Shown here: positions 58,678 through 64,000 of the stretch, piece by piece | Layout: the number at the start of each line of letters is the position of its first letter | Numbering within the stretch: position 1 is the first letter of the stretch | Assembly (NCBI GenBank): GCA_905214945.1 | Contig: CAJMOC010000004.1 | Location: forward strand, 65,068 to 129,067 | Direction: 5' to 3' | From: an uncultured bacterium | GTDB lineage: Bacteria; Actinomycetota; Coriobacteriia; Coriobacteriales; Coriobacteriaceae | DNA: 64,000 nt | Translations under genes and position numbers: made by a program | The notes under the pieces: model-generated | What the model saw: the letters and a program-made list of their open reading frames with translations, nothing else | Database searches by the model: none | What the model was told of the DNA's origin: nothing

Positions 58678-59016
58678 TTAGGCGAGCTTAGCCTCGAGTG
58701 CGGCGATGCGCTTATAGGCATCGATGGTAAAGCGGGTCTGCTTCTCCAGGATCATGGTGGTCATGAGAGTATCCTGAGCGTGAGCCATGATGAAGGTCAT
58801 CTCCATCTCACCGCCGCCGGCCTCCTGCGAAAGCAGCTTGGTCTGCGTGTCGTGGGCGCCGATAAGTGCATCGCTGGCATCCTTGTGCAGCTGCTCGGCC
58901 TTCTCAAAATCACCCTCGCGAGCAGCATCGAGCGCTGCAAGCAGATCGGTCTGGGCGTCGCCCGCGTATGCGACAATCTCGAATCCAACCATCGAGATTT
59001 CTTCTTTGGTTGCCAT
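58678..59016 (-). CDS. lacF: PTS lactose/cellobiose-family EIIA
   Basis: 112 aa. Helical EIIA(Lac) pattern with conserved His region FIMAHAQDTLM. Confidence 0.85.
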   Translation of the reverse strand: MATKEEISMVGFEIVAYAGDAQTDLLAALDAAREGDFEKAEQLHKDASDALIGAHDTQTKLLSQEAGGGEMEMTFIMAHAQDTLMTTMILEKQTRFTIDAYKRIAALEAKLA

Positions 59017-59103
59017 ATTGCGTTCCTTTCACATATGAACCAACGGAGAGCATCGCGTCCGGGCATACGCGCTGCGCTGTGTATGGCAGGAACATTAACA
59101 TTC

Positions 59104-59199
59104 AAACAAAAAAGAACAGCGCAAAACGTAATTTCGAGCTATGAACGGTTGCTTTTCGCCCGTGAACGGTTTTTAAACCAATCTGAACAATATCGAACA
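59104..59199. promoter_or_regulatory. lacF promoter region sharing modules with the lacA promoter
   Basis: AAACAAAAAAGAACA (59104-59118). Two ACCGTTCA copies on the minus strand (59141-59150, 59160-59170). TGAACAATATCGAACA (59184-59199). Confidence 0.5.
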
Positions 59200-59230
59200 C
59201 AATTAGCGGCAACCCAAACAGAACCGCACC

Positions 59231-60235
59231 CTAACGCAAATCGCGCACCGTATCGCCCTCTACGAGCATACCGGGGATCAGCATGTGCTCCACGCCAGAC
59301 GCACCCCCCTCGGCGCCGGCAACCTTGTCGACCGCCCACATGCCGACGCGCTTGTTGTCAAAGCGCACCGTGGTCAGGTGACGGTCGGGCACGATATCGC
59401 CCAGGCTGTCATCAACACCCACTACGCTCACATCCTCGGGCACGCGCTTCCCGCGCGACTCGAGCCCACGGATGCAGCCATATGCCATGGCATCGTTGGA
59501 AGCATAAATGGCCGTACAGGTCGGATCGTCCGCCAGAGCCTGGCCGGCGGCATATCCGCTCTGTGCCGTCCAATCGCCACGAATGAATCGCGGCGGCTCA
59601 ATACCATGCGCGCGCAATGTCTCGCGCCAGCCCTCCTCGCGACGCATGCCCGAAAGCGAGCGCTCGGGGCACGAGATAAAGTGCACGGTCTTGTGCCCCT
59701 GCTCCAGCAAGTACTCGACCACCTGGCGCGAGCAATCGAACTGGTCGTTATCGACTGTTGAGCACAGCGGGTGCTCCAGCATGGTAACGAGCACCGTCTG
59801 CATACCGGGCAGCGGCTCAAAGGTGCCAAAATCCGCCGGCATGCGGTTCATGATCACAACCATGCCATCCACCGGCAGCGCGCTCATGCGCGACGATGCG
59901 CTCTCGAGGGTATACGGATGCCCGTCTACTTTAGTGAGGGTGATGGCATAGCCATGTTTGTCGGCCGCGGCGGCAAAGCCCTCCATGCGGTCGAGGTTGC
60001 CGGTGCCGGTAATGTTGAACATGGCGACGCCGACGGTCTTAAACTTGCCGCGGCGCAGCGATCGACCGGCAAAATTGGGGCGATACCCCAGCTCGCGCAT
60101 GGCGGCACGCACGCGCTCCTTGGTCTCGGGGCGCACGCTGGGCGAATCGTGCACCGTACGCGAGACTGTCTGCTCCGAGACGCCCGCGAGACGCGCCACG
60201 TCCTTAACGGAAACCGATTTTTTAACAGCGGCCAT
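59231..60235 (-). CDS. LacI-family regulator of the lac PTS locus
   Basis: HTH VKDVARLAGVSEQTVSRTVHD. 334 aa. Confidence 0.85.
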   Translation of the reverse strand: MAAVKKSVSVKDVARLAGVSEQTVSRTVHDSPSVRPETKERVRAAMRELGYRPNFAGRSLRRGKFKTVGVAMFNITGTGNLDRMEGFAAAADKHGYAITLTKVDGHPYTLESASSRMSALPVDGMVVIMNRMPADFGTFEPLPGMQTVLVTMLEHPLCSTVDNDQFDCSRQVVEYLLEQGHKTVHFISCPERSLSGMRREEGWRETLRAHGIEPPRFIRGDWTAQSGYAAGQALADDPTCTAIYASNDAMAYGCIRGLESRGKRVPEDVSVVGVDDSLGDIVPDRHLTTVRFDNKRVGMWAVDKVAGAEGGASGVEHMLIPGMLVEGDTVRDLR

Positions 60236-60249
60236 AGGTCGATCTTTCT

Positions 60250-60530
60250 ATGTCAACGATGCCATTGGTGGCACCCTACGCAGTCAAATGAAACGTCTTT
60301 AAGTATATCTAACGCCTCCTCCGCCATACGCTCACCACCCAAAACCTACCGTTCACCGACAATCCCGCTTCCCCGGACGGCTTTTGTCGACCAAATGTTA
60401 ACGTTGCCATTGTGCAAACACAGAGCCACCGGGCGGCTCAAACGTTTACGCGTAAGGAATCGACGGTTCGCAGGCACAGGAACCACCGATTCGCGTCTTT
60501 ATTTGTGCCGCAAAATGGCAACGTCAACAT
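60250..60530. promoter_or_regulatory. Three LacI-type operators between the regulator gene and lacE
   Basis: ATGTCAACGATGCCAT (60250-60265), ATGTTAACGTTGCCAT (60395-60410), ATGGCAACGTCAACAT (60515-60530). Confidence 0.6.
60347..60358 (+). promoter_or_regulatory. ACCGTTCAC motif copy (TACCGTTCACCG) upstream of lacE
   Basis: Intergenic. The 12-mer is identical to the copy upstream of pflB. Confidence 0.4.
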
Positions 60531-60592
60531 TTTGGCAACCGAACGCCAAAAGTTACCATCGTTGCTAACCCACCGACTCTTAGGAGCATTGC

Positions 60593-62368
60593 ATGGAGCA
60601 ACTCATCGCCATCATCGAAAAGGGCCAGCCCTTTTTCAACGCGATCGCCCGCAACAAGTACCTCAAGGCGATCCGCGACGGCTTTATCTCCGTCATCCCC
60701 ATCATCATCTTCTCGTCCATCTTCTGCCTGGTAGCCTCGGTCCCCAACATCTGGGGTTTCTACTGGCCCGATGACATCAACAACGCCCTGTGGAAGTGCT
60801 ACAACTACTCCATGGGTATCCTGGCCATCGCCTGCGCTGCCACCACGGCCAAGCACTTCGCCGACGCTCAGAACCGCGATCTGCCCAAGAACAACCAGAT
60901 CAACTTCATCTCGTGCATGTGCGCGGCCATCATCGGCTTCTTGCTCCTTTCGAGCGACACGATCGCCACGGACGCCGCCAGCGGCTTCAACACCACCTAT
61001 CTTGGTTCCAAAGGCCTGCTGACTGCCTTCATCGCTGCATTTGTGACCGGCATCATCTACAAGTTCTTTATCAAGCGCAACATCACCGTCAAGATGCCCG
61101 AGCAGGTTCCGCCCAACATCTCGCAGACCTTTAAGGACATCATCCCCTTCTCCGTCTGCATCACCGTCTTTTGGGTCTTTGACATCGTCTTTCGCGCTGC
61201 TTTTGGTTTCTGCTTTGCCCAGGGCGTCATCCAGGTGTTCCAGCCCCTGTTCACCGCTGCCGACGGCTACATCGGCCTCGCTGTGATCTACGGCGCCATG
61301 AGCCTGTTCTGGTTCGTCGGCGTCCACGGTCCCTCGATCGTCGAGCCCGCCATCGCCGCCGCCCTCGTTGCCAACATGACCGACAACCTGGCTGCGTTCC
61401 AGGCTGGCCAGCACGCTTCCGCTGTCCTGACCCAGGGTGCCCAGTACTTCGTCGTCTGCATGGGCGGCACCGGCGCCACGCTCGTCCTGGTCTTTATGTT
61501 CTGCTTCCTGGCTAAGTCTCAGGAGATGCGCGCCGTCGGCAAGGCCGCCATCGTCCCGGTCTGCTTTGCCGTCAACGAGCCGCTGCTGTTCGCCGCACCC
61601 ATCGTGCTCAACCCCGTCTTCTTTGTCCCGTTTGTCTTTGCCCCGATCGCCAACATCTGGATCCTCAAGGTCTTTATCGACTTCTTGGGCATGAACGGCT
61701 TTATGTACACCCTGCCCTGGACCGTCCCCGGCCCCATCGGCACCATCATGGGCCTGGGCTTCCAGCCGCTCGCCTTTGTGATGCTCGCCATCATCCTAGT
61801 CGTCGACTTTGCCCTGTACTACCCGTTCTTCCGTGCCTATGACGCCCAGAAGTGCGCCGAGGAGGCCGAGATCTCCCAGGAGGAGCTCGCCGCCAAGAAC
61901 GCCGAGAAGGCCGCCAAGCTCAACGACGCCTTCCAGGGTAAGGCCGACGCCAAGAGTGTTGCCGCCGGCGCCGCCGCCGAGGCCGTGAAGGCCGACTCCC
62001 CCGCCGCTTCTGCAGCATCCGCTGCCGAGGCAACGACCGCCAGCGACCTCAACGGCAAGCGCGTGCTCGTGCTCTGCCAGGGCGGCGGTACCTCGGGCCT
62101 GCTCGCCAACGCACTGGCCAAGGCTGCCAAGGAGCGCGGCATCAATCTGGAGACCGCTGCCGAGGCATATGGCAACCACGTCGACATGCTCCCCGACTTT
62201 GACCTGGTCGTCCTGGCCCCGCAGGCAGCCAGCTACCTGGGCGACCTGCAGAAGGATTGCGAGCGCGTGGGCAACAAGTGCGTCGCCTGCCGCGGTAAGC
62301 AGTACATCGAGCTCTCCCAGAACGGCGACAAGTCTCTCGCCTTCGTCTCCGAGCAGCTTTCGAAGTAA
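60593..62368 (+). CDS. lacE: PTS lactose-family EIICB
   Basis: EIIC(Lac/Cel) membrane domain plus C-terminal EIIB with KRVLVLCQGGGTSGLL. Confidence 0.9.
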   Translation: MEQLIAIIEKGQPFFNAIARNKYLKAIRDGFISVIPIIIFSSIFCLVASVPNIWGFYWPDDINNALWKCYNYSMGILAIACAATTAKHFADAQNRDLPKNNQINFISCMCAAIIGFLLLSSDTIATDAASGFNTTYLGSKGLLTAFIAAFVTGIIYKFFIKRNITVKMPEQVPPNISQTFKDIIPFSVCITVFWVFDIVFRAAFGFCFAQGVIQVFQPLFTAADGYIGLAVIYGAMSLFWFVGVHGPSIVEPAIAAALVANMTDNLAAFQAGQHASAVLTQGAQYFVVCMGGTGATLVLVFMFCFLAKSQEMRAVGKAAIVPVCFAVNEPLLFAAPIVLNPVFFVPFVFAPIANIWILKVFIDFLGMNGFMYTLPWTVPGPIGTIMGLGFQPLAFVMLAIILVVDFALYYPFFRAYDAQKCAEEAEISQEELAAKNAEKAAKLNDAFQGKADAKSVAAGAAAEAVKADSPAASAASAAEATTASDLNGKRVLVLCQGGGTSGLLANALAKAAKERGINLETAAEAYGNHVDMLPDFDLVVLAPQAASYLGDLQKDCERVGNKCVACRGKQYIELSQNGDKSLAFVSEQLSK

Positions 62369-62434
62369 GTAACGCTCAGGGCCAGCCGACCATCCAAGAC
62401 CGGCTGGCCCTTCGATTTAGACGATTGGATCATC

Positions 62435-63874
62435 ATGTCCGTAAATCCTGCTAGCGTCACCAATCCGCCTGCGCAGTTTCCCGAGGACTTTGTCTTTGGC
62501 GGCGCCACTGCTGCCTACCAGGTAGAGGGCGAGACCCGCACTCACGGTAAGGGCAAGGTTGCCTGGGACGACTTTCTGGAAGCCCAAGGCCGTTTCTCCC
62601 CCGATCCCGCTTCGGACTTCTACAACCAGTACCCCGTCGATCTGGAGCTGTGCGAGGAGTTTGGCATCAACGGCATTCGCCTCTCCATTGCCTGGAGCCG
62701 CATCTTCCCCAACGGCACCGGCGAAATCAACCCCGAGGGCGTCCAGTTCTACCACGATCTCTTCGCCGAGTGCCATAAGCACCATGTTGAGCCGTTCGTC
62801 ACGCTGCATCACTTTGACACGCCGCTTCCCCTCTTTGAGAAGGGCGACTTCCTCAACCGCGAGACCATCGATGCCTTTGTGGACTTTGCCACCTTCTGCT
62901 TTAAGGAGTACGCCGACCAGGTGACCTACTGGTTCACCTTTAACGAGATCTGGGCCGACGCCTCCAACACCTACATCGAGGGCACCTTCCCCGGTGGCGT
63001 CAAGGCGCATCTTGCCGAGGCCTTCCAGTGCGAGCACAACATGATGCTCGCCCACGCCAAGGCAGTGCTGGCCTTCCACAACGGCGGCTTTAAGGGCAAA
63101 ATCGGCGTCATCCAGTCGCTGGAGTTTAAGTACCCGCTCAACGAGAACGACCCCGCCGACATCAAAGCCGCCAACAACGAGCACGTGCTGCAAAACCAGT
63201 TTTTGCTCGACGCCACCTTCCGCGGCGACTACGCGCCTGACACCCTCGAGTGCGCCAACCGCCTGGCCGCCGTCTCGGGCGGCACCATCGAGATCTTGGA
63301 CGAGGACCTCGAGATTATGCGCGAAGCTGCGCTTTACAACGACTACCTGGGCGTTAACAACTACCAGTGCCGTTTCTTGAAGGCTTACGACGGCGAGAAC
63401 GACCTGCACCACAATGGTACGGGCGAGAAGGGCACCGGCCGCTGGCGCGTCAAGGGTATTGGCGAGCACGTGAACAAGCCCGGCATCCCCACCACCGACT
63501 GGGACTGGATCATCTATCCCGAGGGTCTGTTCGATCTGCTCGTCTACATTAAGCAGCGCTACCCCAACTACAAGCAGATCTTCATCACCGAAAACGGCAT
63601 GGGCTACAAGGACCCCTACGAGGACGGTTTTGTGGACGATCAGCCGCGCATCGACTACATCGAGCAGCACCTGCGCTGGTTGCTCAAGGCCATGGAGGTG
63701 GGCGTCAACGTGGGCGGCTACTTCCTGTGGAGCTTGCAGGATCAGTTCTCCTGGACCAATGGCTACAACAAGCGTTACGGCTTCTTCTACGTAGACTTTG
63801 AGACCCAGAAGCGCACGCCCAAGGCAAGCGCCTACTGGTACAAGCACGTGGCGCAGACCCGTCGTCTGGACTAG
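62435..63874 (+). CDS. lacG: 6-phospho-beta-galactosidase, GH1
   Basis: FGGATAAYQVEG, FTFNEIW (acid/base Glu), FITENGMG (nucleophile Glu). Confidence 0.9.
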   Translation: MSVNPASVTNPPAQFPEDFVFGGATAAYQVEGETRTHGKGKVAWDDFLEAQGRFSPDPASDFYNQYPVDLELCEEFGINGIRLSIAWSRIFPNGTGEINPEGVQFYHDLFAECHKHHVEPFVTLHHFDTPLPLFEKGDFLNRETIDAFVDFATFCFKEYADQVTYWFTFNEIWADASNTYIEGTFPGGVKAHLAEAFQCEHNMMLAHAKAVLAFHNGGFKGKIGVIQSLEFKYPLNENDPADIKAANNEHVLQNQFLLDATFRGDYAPDTLECANRLAAVSGGTIEILDEDLEIMREAALYNDYLGVNNYQCRFLKAYDGENDLHHNGTGEKGTGRWRVKGIGEHVNKPGIPTTDWDWIIYPEGLFDLLVYIKQRYPNYKQIFITENGMGYKDPYEDGFVDDQPRIDYIEQHLRWLLKAMEVGVNVGGYFLWSLQDQFSWTNGYNKRYGFFYVDFETQKRTPKASAYWYKHVAQTRRLD

Positions 63875-63926
63875 CGACTTGCGACTAGCGAGATGCCCCG
63901 CTCACACAACCTGCCCCCATTTCTCA

Positions 63927-63976
63927 GCCGGGGGCGGCACGTCACACGGCGCGCCGCCCCCGGCCTTTTTGTTTTT
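63927..63976 (+). terminator. Rho-independent terminator after lacG
   Basis: GCCGGGGGCGGC / GCCGCCCCCGGC stem followed by CTTTTTGTTTTT. Confidence 0.8.
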
Positions 63977-64000
63977 GAGCGGGTCGGGGTCCGTTTGTCT

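Overview
64-kb chromosomal segment from a high-GC, Gram-positive-type anaerobe. The gene content resembles Coriobacteriia such as Collinsella, but the taxon is inference only. About 50 protein genes, mostly sugar uptake and catabolism plus anaerobic metabolism. In order: pflA; DegV; a sucrose PTS regulon (scrR, GH32, scrA, scrB); a pyruvate formate-lyase split into a 683-aa catalytic chain and a separately translated 83-aa glycyl-radical chain; kdgT plus an SDR; MarR plus a heterodimeric ABC exporter; DAHP synthase; an IS110/IS1111-type insertion; an AT-richer accessory patch (GNAT, kinase-like remnants, agmatine deiminase paralogue, LuxR, DUF4143-type ATPase); MATE and amidohydrolase; an agmatine deiminase cluster (ptcA-aguD-aguA plus a second APC permease and two membrane-anchored LuxR/AguR-like regulators, with no carbamate kinase); an FtsX/ABC pair; a NUDIX-Vsr fusion; AraC; HAD; a class II ketose-bisphosphate aldolase with DeoR; FprA; galK-galT with a LacI repressor; the tagatose-6-phosphate genes lacA-lacB-lacX-lacC; lacF; a LacI-type regulator; lacE-lacG. 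No rRNA, tRNA or CRISPR array was seen. The intergenic DNA is unusually structured. It holds several families of long hairpin (REPIN-like) repeats with compensatory arm changes, a 230-bp MITE-like element with perfect 31-bp terminal inverted repeats, tandem 23-bp repeats, LacI-type operator sets, and a recurrent ACCGTTC(A/G)C motif seen only in intergenic regions, mostly promoters of catabolic operons. The items most worth a second look are: the IS110-family element whose ~300-nt 3' non-coding end looks like a bridge/guide RNA locus; the split PFL; the NUDIX-Vsr fusion; and the uORF plus terminator leader upstream of the second APC permease. All coordinates were read by eye from the sequence. 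No database search or folding program was run.
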